Positions 35,187 to 46,700 of a DNA stretch of 64,000 nt are shown here, one piece after another. The DNA is taken from IMG/VR virus record IMGVR_UViG_3300035521_000139, positions 38,654 to 102,653 of that record; one strand, 5' to 3'. Both the position numbers and the translations under genes were made by a program. The DNA comes from a virus. Taxonomy: Duplodnaviria; Caudoviricetes. Position 1 is the stretch's first letter; each line of letters starts with the position of its first letter. A model generated the notes under the pieces. That model did no database searches. It was not told the DNA's origin and worked only from the letters and a program-made list of their open reading frames with translations.

Positions 35187-37226
35187 ATGATTTATCTAGT
35201 AACTAAAAATCAAGAGCTGTTTAATAATAATGTTTATAAGATTATAGGGGTAGATGAAAGTCTATCCCTATTATCTAAATTAAGTATTGTTGGTCTAGAC
35301 ACTGAAACTAATAGTTTAGACTGCTGGACTGGCAAACTACTTTCTTGTCAATTAGGTTGTAAAGAATTTCAAGTAGTTATAGATTGCTCTACTATAGATA
35401 TTAAATTATATAAAAGTTTTCTTGAATCGGATAGACTGTTTTTATTGTGGAATGCTAAGTTTGATTTAAAATGGTTATTCAGAAAAGGTATTGTACTTAA
35501 TAATATTTATGATGGATTTTTAGCTGAAAAGCTTATGTATTTAGGTTATCCTACAGGAGTTCATAGTATGTCATTAAAATCTGCTGGAGAGGAATATTTA
35601 AATATTGAGTTAGATAAATCTATTAGAGGGCAAATTATTTATAAAGGACTTGTTGAGGAAACTATAATTTACAGTGCTAAAGATGTAGAATATCTCGAAG
35701 AAATAATGAATCTTCAATTAATAAAGCTTAAAGAAAAGGGTTTAGACATTGCAATTAAATATGAAAATAAGTTTGTTTTGCCATTAGCATATTGTGAATA
35801 TTGTGGTATTAAATTAGATTTAAACAAGTGGAAGGCTAAAATGGCTAGAGACCAAGAAAAGCTTGATACTAGTTTAGCTAATCTTAATAAATGGGTTGTA
35901 GAGCATTATCCTAATGATAGTAGATTTACTTATACAGATTTACAAGGAGATTTATTTTCTGGATTTTCTACAGACCCACAATGTATTATTAATTGGAATA
36001 GCGCACAACAAGTAATTCCTTTATTAAAAGATTTAGGGTTTGAACTTTTAGTTAAAGATAAAGTTACTGGAAAAATGAAAGCTTCTGTAGATGCTAAAAT
36101 AATAAAACCTCAAAAAAATATATCATCTTTAGCACCTATTTATCTTGATTATAAAGCTGCTCAAAAAGTTGTTAGTACTTATGGGGAAAATTTTATTGAA
36201 CAAATTAATACAGTAAGTGGTAGAATTCATACCAATTATCAACAAATGGGAGCAGACACTACTAGATTAACATCAGGTGGTAAAGATAAAGCTAATAATA
36301 CTGAATATATTAATTTACTAAATTTACCACATGATGCAGAGACTAGAAGTTGTTTTATTGCTGAAGAAGGAAACTGCTGGATTTCACTAGATTATAAGGG
36401 ACAAGAGACTTTTCTAATGGCATCTATAGCAAATGATGAGGCTCTTATTAAAGAATTAACTGTGGGCTCTCAGGATGTTCATAGTCTTACCGCCTATATT
36501 AGTTATATGGAAATTCCAAGAGATACTCCTATTAAAGAAATTAGTACAAAGTATCACAATCTTAGACAAGAAGCTAAGGGAATTGAGTTTGCAATTAATT
36601 ATGGGGGAACCGCAGATACTATTCATAAAAATAAAGGTATTCCTATTGAAGAAGCTCAAAAAATATATAATAACTATATGTCTGGTTTCTCTGGACTAAA
36701 AAAATATCAAGATTTTTGTAGAAAAGATTGGGTAGATAAAGGTTATATTCTTCTTAATCCTAAAACTGGGCATAAAGCTTTTATTTATGATTATGAGCAA
36801 TTAATGAAAGATAAAGAATCTTTTAAAACTCCTGGATTTTGGGAATACTATAGAGATATGAAAGCTAATTCTCCTGAATGTGATACTGTACAAAAAGTTA
36901 AACATTTTTTTAAAAGAAAATCAGATATTGAAAAGCAAAGTATTAATTATAGAATTCAAGCTACAGGATCAATGTGTCTTAGAGTAACTATGATTAATTT
37001 CTTTGAATACCTCAAAAAGAATAATTTATTATTTAAAGTATTGATTTGCGTAACTCCCTACGATGAAGTAAATTGTGAAGCCCCTAAAGAAATTGCAGAA
37101 GAAGTTACTACTGCTTTATATAATTGTATGGTAAATGCGGGTGCTTATTTTTGTACTAGGTGTAAGTTAGATGCTGATATTTCAAGAGCAAAGGATGGTA
37201 GTCTACCTACTTACTGGATTCACTAA
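35187..37226 (+). CDS. polA: Family A DNA polymerase with 3'-5' exonuclease
   Basis: DTET, NAKFD, YSAKD exonuclease motifs; DYKGQE, RQEAKGIEFAINYG, PYDE polymerase motifs. Confidence 0.95.
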   Translation: MIYLVTKNQELFNNNVYKIIGVDESLSLLSKLSIVGLDTETNSLDCWTGKLLSCQLGCKEFQVVIDCSTIDIKLYKSFLESDRLFLLWNAKFDLKWLFRKGIVLNNIYDGFLAEKLMYLGYPTGVHSMSLKSAGEEYLNIELDKSIRGQIIYKGLVEETIIYSAKDVEYLEEIMNLQLIKLKEKGLDIAIKYENKFVLPLAYCEYCGIKLDLNKWKAKMARDQEKLDTSLANLNKWVVEHYPNDSRFTYTDLQGDLFSGFSTDPQCIINWNSAQQVIPLLKDLGFELLVKDKVTGKMKASVDAKIIKPQKNISSLAPIYLDYKAAQKVVSTYGENFIEQINTVSGRIHTNYQQMGADTTRLTSGGKDKANNTEYINLLNLPHDAETRSCFIAEEGNCWISLDYKGQETFLMASIANDEALIKELTVGSQDVHSLTAYISYMEIPRDTPIKEISTKYHNLRQEAKGIEFAINYGGTADTIHKNKGIPIEEAQKIYNNYMSGFSGLKKYQDFCRKDWVDKGYILLNPKTGHKAFIYDYEQLMKDKESFKTPGFWEYYRDMKANSPECDTVQKVKHFFKRKSDIEKQSINYRIQATGSMCLRVTMINFFEYLKKNNLLFKVLICVTPYDEVNCEAPKEIAEEVTTALYNCMVNAGAYFCTRCKLDADISRAKDGSLPTYWIH

Positions 37227-37267
37227 GTTAAACATTATTAAATAGGAGTATTATATGAAATATAATT

Positions 37268-37278
37268 GTAACTTTGCA
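37268..37278 (+). promoter_or_regulatory. Probable -7 promoter element
   Basis: TAACTTTGCA upstream of the 37295 ORF; -33 element unclear. Confidence 0.5.
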
Positions 37279-37294
37279 ATAAAAATAATATCTT

Positions 37295-37609
37295 ATGAGA
37301 AATAGAGACGTGTGTAAAAAGTTCTTTGAAGGTAATGGAGATTACTATGGTAGTAATTTATACTGTAATGCTAAAAGAATCTTCTCTTATCAAACTTGTA
37401 TAGGCGAAATTGTGGATGAAGATGATGATTATATCACTATTATATTAAATACAACTAAATATTCTGCTACAACTTCAAAGCATCAAACTTATCTTAGATA
37501 TGCTTTACAAGAATATCAAAATAATTGTAGTAAACATGTTATTGTTCATACAATAGATAATGTAGAGATAGGAGCAAGATATTTATGGGTAATATTCAAA
37601 AACAATTAA
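37295..37609 (+). CDS. Conserved phage hypothetical protein
   Basis: IFSYQTCI...YSATTSKHQ motif. Confidence 0.7.
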   Translation: MRNRDVCKKFFEGNGDYYGSNLYCNAKRIFSYQTCIGEIVDEDDDYITIILNTTKYSATTSKHQTYLRYALQEYQNNCSKHVIVHTIDNVEIGARYLWVIFKNN

Positions 37610-37621
37610 ATAATAATAATT

Positions 37622-37732
37622 ATGAAGTACAAACATCGTATTGAAAGATTAAAAGCTAGACAAAAAGCATGGGAATCTATGTCTCCTGCTGACCAAAAAG
37701 CAACTACTAAACCAGGATCTTTAAAGAAATAA
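37622..37732 (+). CDS. 36-aa basic peptide (unannotated)
   Basis: MKYKHRIERLKARQKAWESMSPADQKATTKPGSLKK*. Confidence 0.6.
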   Translation: MKYKHRIERLKARQKAWESMSPADQKATTKPGSLKK

Positions 37733-37735
37733 ATT

Positions 37736-38098
37736 ATGGAAACTTTATATTGGATTACTGTATTAGGAAAATTCAATGTACTTATTTGGATAATATTTAC
37801 TGTATCTTTAGTAATGTCAGTTATTATAGGAGCAAGTTGGCTACAAGATGGCTTAGAAGGAGATGGACTATTTAATAAAGCACATAAAAAGAGCATGATT
37901 ATATCTACATCTATAATGCTCAGTAGCTTATTAATAGCAGTATTTGTTCCTTCAAAAAATGAGTTATACATGATTTACGGTGTAGGCTCGGTAATAGACT
38001 ATGTAAAATCTAATAATAAAGCTAAAGAACTACCTGATAAAGCGGTAGATGCTATTTATAAATATTTAGAGGCTATAAATAAAGAAAATAATGAATAA
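37736..38098 (+). CDS. Two-TM membrane protein
   Basis: Two hydrophobic helices, FVPSK motif. Confidence 0.75.
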   Translation: METLYWITVLGKFNVLIWIIFTVSLVMSVIIGASWLQDGLEGDGLFNKAHKKSMIISTSIMLSSLLIAVFVPSKNELYMIYGVGSVIDYVKSNNKAKELPDKAVDAIYKYLEAINKENNE

Positions 38099-38393
38099 AG
38101 AATTTACAAGTCCTAATATTAAAGATAGAATTGAATACTATAATAATCTACTTACAAATGATAATGTAAATCATCCTAAGCATTATACTACACATCCTTC
38201 AGGAGTTGAGTGTATAGATATTGCCAGACATTATTGTTTTGCTATAGGTAATGCTATTAAGTATTTATGGAGAGCAGGTTTAAAGAAAGACGTAAGTCTT
38301 AATGATAAACAAAAAGAAATTGAAGACCTTGAAAAGGCTATTTGGTATATTAATGATAGAATTAAACAATTAAAAGATGGGATTAAAGATTAG
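38091..38393 (+). CDS. DUF3310 (T7 gp1.7/SaV-like) protein
   Basis: VNHPKHY...ECID...GNAIKYLWRAG.K...EDLEKAIWY. Confidence 0.85.
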   Translation: MNKEFTSPNIKDRIEYYNNLLTNDNVNHPKHYTTHPSGVECIDIARHYCFAIGNAIKYLWRAGLKKDVSLNDKQKEIEDLEKAIWYINDRIKQLKDGIKD

Positions 38394-38565
38394 TTTAAAG
38401 AATTATACTAAAGCACCACATAGTTTGAAATTGCTTAATAAAATAGAATCTTTTCTGTTTGAAGAAGAGTGTGGAGAGTTGGAACAATACTCTCCCACTC
38501 AGATAGAAAAGATAAAAGAAGTTAGAGATATTATTTATAATATAGTTTTAGGTCATGGGAACTAA
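38377..38565 (+). CDS. Hypothetical protein
   Basis: Coupled 62-aa ORF. Confidence 0.6.
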   Translation: MGLKISLKNYTKAPHSLKLLNKIESFLFEEECGELEQYSPTQIEKIKEVRDIIYNIVLGHGN

Positions 38566-39010
38566 TATATACTTAGTAAAGAAAATTAAAGAAGTAGATA
38601 CTAAAAGAATTTCTAAAGCCTTTAGTAACACAGTTGCTAAATGCAATAATACTTGGGATTTAGAAGCTATACGTGATTTAGTTCAAGAAGAAATAGATAA
38701 TTTAGGTAAAGAAATTCATATTTGTAAAAGGTCTGCTGGATGGCAAATATTATTTCAACAGAATCCTCAATATGAATGTACTTTAAAGTCATTATTGAAT
38801 TTTATTAAAGCTTCTTTAGAATCAGGTGAATGGGAGCTTCTTGATGAGTATGGAGATTCTTATAGTATTGAAGAGCTTAAAGAAGATATAAAAAGCTTTA
38901 GTAAAGGATATACCCTAGAGTCTTATAATAAAGAAAAAGGAGGTTACAATCCTTATGAGCATGAATTTATTAATGATGGTTTAAGATGGGCTAAAAAAGA
39001 ATTTTGCTAA
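38555..39010 (+). CDS. Conserved phage hypothetical protein
   Basis: MGTNIY...HICKRSAGW...DEYG motif. Confidence 0.75.
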   Translation: MGTNIYLVKKIKEVDTKRISKAFSNTVAKCNNTWDLEAIRDLVQEEIDNLGKEIHICKRSAGWQILFQQNPQYECTLKSLLNFIKASLESGEWELLDEYGDSYSIEELKEDIKSFSKGYTLESYNKEKGGYNPYEHEFINDGLRWAKKEFC

Positions 39011-39011
39011 T

Positions 39012-39395
39012 ATGAAAGATTCAGCATATTATCCAGCAGGAGCTTATAATGACCCAAAAGCTCCTTATAATGAAAAAGAAAATCCTGAAGAAGAAATTGA
39101 AGTTACTGTATCAATGACTATAAGTAAAACAATTAAAGTTCTAGTTAAAGATTATACTACTTCAATAGAAGATGATGGGGAACAGTACTATAAAGTAAAT
39201 GATTATAGTGATTGTGATTTAAATAAAGCAGTCTGTGATCAAGTAACTCTGCCTCCTTATCTTGCAGGATTTGTTGATGAAATGTTTAAAGTAGATTTAG
39301 ACTTAAAAGCAGCTAAAATGCCTATATGTCTTCAAAGTGCGGTAGAAGATTGTAAAGGGTGGAATTTAGATGAATTTGAAGTTATAAAAGAGTAG
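39012..39395 (+). CDS. Hypothetical protein
   Basis: YPAGAYNDPKAPYN N-terminal motif. Confidence 0.7.
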   Translation: MKDSAYYPAGAYNDPKAPYNEKENPEEEIEVTVSMTISKTIKVLVKDYTTSIEDDGEQYYKVNDYSDCDLNKAVCDQVTLPPYLAGFVDEMFKVDLDLKAAKMPICLQSAVEDCKGWNLDEFEVIKE

Positions 39396-39396
39396 T

Positions 39397-39519
39397 ATGA
39401 ATAGAAGCAATTGTAATAGATGCGAGTATTATACTGGAACATATTGTCAGTTATTGGATCATCAAGTAGGTGATAGTAATGATCCAGATTGTAATTATCA
39501 TGATGCTATAAGTTATTAA
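39397..39519 (+). CDS. 40-aa four-Cys mini-protein (unannotated)
   Basis: MNRSNCNRCEYYTGTYCQLLDHQVGDSNDPDCNYHDAISY*. Confidence 0.55.
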   Translation: MNRSNCNRCEYYTGTYCQLLDHQVGDSNDPDCNYHDAISY

Positions 39520-39522
39520 TAT

Positions 39523-39777
39523 ATGAAAATAATAAAGTTTTATAGACAAAGTTGTGGTCCTTGTAAAGTACTTGAAAGAAATTTTCAAACTGCGGGTATT
39601 GAACATGAAAGCATAGATATTGAGGAAGTTGATGAAGCTGTTCTTGAAAGGTATAAAATTACAGGAGTACCTACTACTATTATAGAAGGTGTAGGAGGTA
39701 ATATCTTAAAAAGATATACAGGGTTAATGAATGTTGAAGATTTAAAGAAATTTTGCAATGAATTTAGTGAAGCCTAA
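39523..39777 (+). CDS. Thioredoxin/glutaredoxin-like protein
   Basis: CGPC and GVPT cis-Pro motif. Confidence 0.88.
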   Translation: MKIIKFYRQSCGPCKVLERNFQTAGIEHESIDIEEVDEAVLERYKITGVPTTIIEGVGGNILKRYTGLMNVEDLKKFCNEFSEA

Positions 39778-40609
39778 AGTAGAACCTATTATTCAAAAGA
39801 ATAGTTTAGAAGGAATATTAAAGCATATAGAACTATGTGGTAGAACTTGTTATAAATCTCAAGATAAAATTACAGAAGATTCTTATATTAAATTCATAGA
39901 AAGAATTAAATTAAATAAGCATTTATCTGTTTCCGAACATGGAACTATATATTTAAAATGTATTAAAAGTACTGTAGAAGAAGATATTATTGATTGTGTT
40001 TTAGACCACTATAAATTTAATCAATATTCTAGAGTTAATATATTACATATAGGAAGTGATTTAATTTATTTTGTTACTACTAATTATAGAGTAATAATTG
40101 AGAATGGTTGGGAATATGATTTAAAATATTTATGTGAACCTACAAATTATCATATTAAAAGATATACTTTTAAAGTAATATGCCCTATATCAGTTTCAAG
40201 AGAGTGGAATAGACATAGAACAATGTCTATAAGTGAACAAAGCACTCGCTATTGTAATTACTCAAAAAAGAAATTTAATAGTGAATTAACTTTTTGTATT
40301 CCTTATTGGGTAACTCATTATTCTGAGAATGATAAAGATGCGAAAGCAGGTGCTTCTAGAATAGAAGATATTTGGCGTATGGATTTATTAGTAATTGAAC
40401 ATGATTATATGGAATTACTAAATAAGGGTTTAAAATCCCAAGAAGCCAGAGAAATACTTCCTTTAAGTACAGCTACAGAAGTAATTTATACAGCATTTGA
40501 AGATGATTGGAGAAAATTCTTAAAATTAAGAACAGCACCTGATGCTCATCCAGAAATTAGAGCATTGGCAAATAAAATCCAAGATTTATTACCTAAACTA
40601 GGTAATTAA
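39758..40609 (+). CDS. thyX: Flavin-dependent thymidylate synthase
   Basis: RHRTMSISEQSTRY, AREILP, LR...AHPEIR. Confidence 0.92.
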   Translation: MNLVKPKVEPIIQKNSLEGILKHIELCGRTCYKSQDKITEDSYIKFIERIKLNKHLSVSEHGTIYLKCIKSTVEEDIIDCVLDHYKFNQYSRVNILHIGSDLIYFVTTNYRVIIENGWEYDLKYLCEPTNYHIKRYTFKVICPISVSREWNRHRTMSISEQSTRYCNYSKKKFNSELTFCIPYWVTHYSENDKDAKAGASRIEDIWRMDLLVIEHDYMELLNKGLKSQEAREILPLSTATEVIYTAFEDDWRKFLKLRTAPDAHPEIRALANKIQDLLPKLGN

Positions 40610-40623
40610 TCTTATTAATATTG

Positions 40624-40665
40624 TAAGGAGGACTAAGTAATTTATTTAGTTCTCCTTATTTTTTT
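40624..40665 (+). terminator. Intrinsic terminator ending the metabolism operon
   Basis: TAAGGAGGACTAAGT...ATTTAGTTCTCCTTA plus T-run. Confidence 0.7.
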
Positions 40666-40674
40666 AAACAATCT

Positions 40675-40708
40675 CTTGTTTATTATATTAATTTACATTA
40701 ACTTTGCA
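40675..40708 (+). promoter_or_regulatory. Bacteroidota sigma-A-type promoter for the RNAP gene
   Basis: CTTG...TAACTTTGCA; supports ATG 40733 as the true start. Confidence 0.7.
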
Positions 40709-40732
40709 CTTAAATATTTAAATATTAAAACT

Positions 40733-43700
40733 ATGTGTATTATACATAACAAAGAAAACATTACAAAAGAACTAGAGTTGTTACAACAGTTTCCTGATGA
40801 AACTTTTAATACCTTGGACACACTTATTTCTTTATATCAAAACAGGAAGAACACAAATGAGTTTCCTAGTAAATCTGAATTAGCTAAATTTAGAGATGAA
40901 ATTAAAGAAACTAAAGTAATATCTGAAATAAAGGAAAACATTGCAGCTGGTCAAAAATATGTCAGACAAGCTAGGGAAAATTGGACTAGGCAAAGTGCTT
41001 ATCAAGATTCAAAAACTTTACACATTTTTACAGATAATACTGATAGAGATAGTGGTAGAGGAGAAATTGATGATAATACAGAATATGCTAAAAAATATGG
41101 TAAAGGAAAACATTTTCCTGAACAAACAGCTGCTGTTGTTAGAGGATTAGATAATGCTAAACCTGTAAGCACTCAAAGATGGTATCATGATGGAGCTAAA
41201 AGAGAAGCAGGTAGATGGCAAGATTCTGACTTTATAGAATTTAAGAAAGTAATTGATGATGAATTTAGAGATATAATTGAAGCATGGAGAACAGGTAAAT
41301 ACACTAAAATTCTATTTCCTGGTGAAGATGGGTTGTTTAATGGAGCTATTTCTATGATTAGTAAAGAAAGAACTCCTTTATTATACTCCTATCTTAATAT
41401 AAAACTTCAACAATTAAAATATGAAATAGGTAGAGCTGAAAGAAAGTCTTCTCCAGTAGAACACACTGAAAATTTAAATACTTTTGTTAATCACAGTGGA
41501 GGAGCTATAGGTTCTGATAGTTATTGGGGAGAAGTAGGAGAAAAATATGGAGTTAAATCTAATCATTATTATGCTGAAGGAGAAAAAACACCTAATGGCA
41601 ATACTGCTTTAACTAAAGAACAACTATCTGAAGCAGATGAACATCTTAAAAAAGCTAATGAAAAGTTAAAAAGAAAATTCCCAGCAAATAGTGAAAAAAC
41701 TAATAATTTATTAAGAAGAAATTGGTTTCAAGTAAAAAATGCCGATGCTGTATTTGCTGTAGGCACTATGGTTAATGGTAAAATAAATGGTGGAACAGCT
41801 TGGGCAGTTCAAATGGCTATAGATAATGGAAAGCCAGTCTATGTATTTGATCAGAATTCTAATACTTGGTACACTTATGTAGATGGTAAATGGACAGCTA
41901 CTGAAACCCCTACTCTTACTCAAAATTTTGCAGGTATTGGCACTAGAGAGTTATCTGAAAATGGAAAGAAAGCTATTGAGGAAGTTTATAAAAAATCTGT
42001 TAGTAATTCTCAAACTATTACAGATGAAGATGATCAAGCTTTATCATTAAATAGTAATAGTGATGTAGTAGAAACTACTGGAGAAGAAGATCTTAATGAA
42101 GCTCTTACTGGAGGAGAAACAGAAACAACTAAAGAATCCTCTTGGGAAGATAAATATAATAAAGATGCTACTGAAACAACAGGAATTGCTTCTCTTGGAG
42201 AGATAGAGAAAGTTGAAGCTGCTTTTACTCCTCAAAAAAGAAGAGATAGAGTACAATTAATAGCTAATTTATTTAGTAGAAGAATTGATGCTCTTATTGA
42301 ACAAGAAAAGCAAAGACTGCAAAAAAGAATTGAAAATGAAAAAAATCCTGAGATTCAAAGAGAACTTCAAAAATCAATGAAGGATATAAATAGATTATTT
42401 ATTATTAGAAAATATTCTCCAAAAGGTATATTTAATCAAATATTAGATGAAGTATTTAAACCTTATGCAGAAGCTTCTGATGAAGCCCTTACTCAAGCAG
42501 AATTAAAGAAGATTAATGCTCTAAAAGCTGCTGCTCAATACACAGAAGAGCAAAAATTAGAGATAGCTCAAAAGAAAGCTGCATATAAGAAAGCTGAATA
42601 TCAAAAAGTAGTTGATAATTATAAAGCATTAGCTGAAGAAACCAATTGTATATTAATGGTAACTGAAGGTATTGTACTTGATTTTGATACAGTGGTTGAT
42701 GGAGAAGCTGATTTTAATGACAATGATTATAGTGATGATGAAGAAGAAGGTCAAGAAAATAGAGCTAAAGATGGGTGGATGATTAAATTTAGAGAAGTTA
42801 GTTCACATGAATCTTTATCTGTTAAAGTAAGAAGATTCTTATCTACAGTACCTAAATTAAATTATAGAGGTAAATACGATAAAGATGATTTAGGTTTTAA
42901 TAGATATTTAGATGCTTCAATGGTTCATGCTTCACTTATGGATAGATTAAGTGTAATACAAGAACCTGATGATATATTTATTGTACTTGATAAAGCAGGT
43001 CAAAAAATACCTTGGATTAGACAAGTTGTAAAAGCTTTAAGACAAGATACTCAATTATTCTCTGCTTTTTATCAAGATTTCAATAAGGATTTCTTAGACT
43101 ATTGGGTACAATCCAGACAAGAAGGCTATGATGGAAGAGTTAAAACTAAAACTATCCAAACTAATAAAACAGAGGGTAGTGGATTTATCACTTCAATGAT
43201 TAGAGATAATTATGAAAGTGGTAATATGCTAGTACAAGATTCTATCTATGATAGCAATGGAGAAGTAGTAAAAGAAAATGCTAAAAAAGGAGCTGAAATG
43301 ATCTTGGAATTAGTAAATCAGTTTAATAAACTTAATACTAATGAAGAGAAAAATGCTAAAGTATCAACAGGTGCTGTATTAAATAAAATCCAGAAAGCAT
43401 TAAAAATGCTTGGTATGGAAATTGATGACGATATAGTTATCAAAGCTTTAACAGATACAGAAACTGCTAGTAAGGAATTAACAATTGAATCTCCTACAGT
43501 AAGCTTCTTTTCAAGTTTGCTCACTATATTTAATGGTGTAGCTGATGGCAAAGTTAAAGATAAAACTGATGAAGATGGTAATAAAATTCAAGGAGATTTA
43601 CTTAACACCTTTGGAACTGCTTATAATTCAGTAGCAATGACATTTGCTCCTTATATGGAAGATATGATTGAAAGTAGTACTAGAGAAGGAGATAAGTCCT

Positions 43701-46700
43701 ATTATGCTCACACTGTTCCTAATTATGTAGGAATTATGATGAGAAAATTAACTAATTCTATGGGCGATGAAGCCAGATTTCAAAAATTCATGCAAGAAGA
43801 ATATGGTAAATATTCTTGGTTTAAAGATAAGAAAACAGGTGAATGGAAAAATGAATTAATTAAACTATTAGCTACTGATGAAAATTTTAGAAAAGGATTT
43901 AAGCATAAAGTATTACTTAATTCAGGTAAAGTAGAATATGATAAATGGGATGATTTAGATTATACCTTAGTACTTTTAAATGAGTATTGGGGAGAACCTG
44001 AAAATACTAAATCCAATGATCAATGGTGTTGGATTCCTCTTCCAGTTCCTGCCGATTCACCTTCTGCCGAGTTCTTTAGAATGAAAAGATACACAGATGC
44101 TACTTCAAAAGCTGCTGGGTATAAAGGTTATAAAGATGAAATCTTAGACCACATGATTAATCTTGTTAATCAAGAATATAATAGAATTCAAACAGTCTGT
44201 AAAAGATACCATCAAAGAGCTAATGGAGATACTAGTATTGCTGTAATAGCTAATTATGATATTCAATCTAAAAAAACTGCTGGTGGTAAAACAATCATAA
44301 CTAATAAAGGAGGTTCCGAATTTAAATTTTTACCTGCACTTAATACTTATAAGTATAAAGATAATGGTGAAAGTGTAATCGAAAGAATTAAAAGGCTTAA
44401 AGAAGCAGGTGCTCAAGATACTGAAATAAAAGAATCTATTAGAGAAGCTCTGGAAGATACAATGGAAGATTCTTTTGAAGAGTTTTATAGAAAAGTTAGT
44501 AACAATGGTACTTTAGAATTAACAGAACAAGGTAAATATAAATATTTAAATTTTGGTTATAGTGAAAAATATAATGAGAGAACTATTAAATCAATAGATG
44601 CTGCTATAGAATTATTAAATAAAGTAGGAGTTGATCAAGATTTGATAAATAGATTAGCTTATATAAAACAAATGTTATCCAGTAAGCAAGCTTTAAATGA
44701 TAAATTTGCTAATAACACATTTGCAGAAACAATGGCTAAATTAGAGGAAGCTGTTACTAATAATCAAATAGCTAGTGACGCAGTAAATGCTCTAGAAAGA
44801 AATCTAAAAATAAACAATCCTGCTAAGGAAGGTTTAAGAGAATATTTCTATAATCATGAATTTAATTCTTCTCAATTAATTCAATTGCTTGCTACAGATT
44901 TAGCCTATTATAAAAATATTACCGATTTCTTTAAGAGAATTAAAGAGGTACATACTCCTACTAATAGATTTAATACAAAGGCTGTATATAAAGGTGAAAG
45001 AGTAGGAAGAGAAATAGAAAAGACTGTATATGTGCAAGATGATATGAGAGTAGCTCCTGATCTTGATTATATTCATAAAATGGTTATTAAACAATGGAAA
45101 AAAGGACATTTTAATGATTATCAAGCTGCTTTTATATTAGCTAAATTTGGATACTCTAATCATACTATAACAGATAAATTTGGTAAAGCTGTAAAATATG
45201 TAAAAGTAAATGGAACACTAGTTAAAACTGATTTAGTAAATGTTACCGATGCTCAAGCTTACAGAAGTCTTAGTTCTTATAGAGCTATGATGATAATGCA
45301 AGATAGCTGGACTGATGAGATGGAGGAAGCCTATCATAGAATTAAAGCAGGAAAATCAGAAGCTGGAGATTTCTTTGTATTTTGGCAAACTCAAAAGCCA
45401 TTCCTCTATGGTCAATATGGAGTTGATTCCGGGGTTGGAGATGGTGAAATTAAAATGGGAGTACAACATAAAAATTCAGAATTTTTATTACTTGCAATGT
45501 ATGAATCTCTAGGAAGTGCTGTTACAGAAAAAGATGAAAATGGCAAAGAGAGCAGACTTGCAGGTCTTAATAGGTTTATGGAGGAGCACGATATTGATGT
45601 TATTCAATATGAATCTGCTGTTAAAGTAGGACTTCAAGGAGTCGTTAATATTAGTGATGCTGCTAATGGACAAGAAGTTTATGATAGACTAGTTGAAGCT
45701 TCTGGAGTAAAAGGTGAGCTTAATACTAATGTAGTACACATGGTTAATTATGCCGATTATGGTAATGCTTCAAGAACTCCTGAACACTTATTTGATATGC
45801 TTCAGGGAATAGGTACTCAGTTAAGAAAATTGATTTCTGCCGATATTTCTCCTGAAGCTGTAATTGAACTTAAAGTAAATGGTAAAACAGTAAAGAAAAC
45901 AAAAGCAGAATGGATGCAATTATATAATGAAATTACTACTGAAAATATCCTTGAGAAGTTTACAGAACTTGATAAAGAATTTTCTGATATTAAGAATGTT
46001 GAAAAACTCTTACAAGAGGAATTAAGAAGTAGTCCTAGGTATGGTATTGAGCTAAGAAGAGCTTGTACTATAAATCCTGAAACAGGAACTTTTAATTTAG
46101 CACTGTGTGACCCAGTTCAATCTATGAGAATACAGCAACTCCTTAATTCTATTATTAAAAGTAGAGTTACTAAACAGAAAACAAGAGGAGGTTCTGCTAT
46201 TCAGGTTAGTAGTTTTGGACTTAGTGAAGATTTACATATTATATATGGTAAAGATGAAAATGGCAATGAAAGAATAGAAGGTTTTGAATGTTATTTGCCT
46301 GCTTATTCTAGAAAATTAATAGAACCTTTAATGGGTAAAGATGGTAAATTAGATATAAATAAATTACCTGATAGTTTAAGAAGAATCATTGGTTATAGAA
46401 CTCCTACTGAGGATAAATATTCAATGCTTAATCTTTATATTAAAGGCTTTTTACCACAGCAAAATGGTTCTGCTATTATGCTACCAGCAGAGATTACTAC
46501 TATTGCAGGCAGCGACTTCGATAAACTAACAATGTTGAAGTAAAACTGTGTTAATTGCTGGGAAGTCCTAATGAGTAAAGTCAAGGATTATCAGCAGCCA
46601 AGCCTCAATTAGAGGAAGGTTCAACGACTAATTTTAAGAACAAAAATTTCCTATATGGATAATAACAAATTGTATGAAAACTAAATTTAATAAAGACTCA

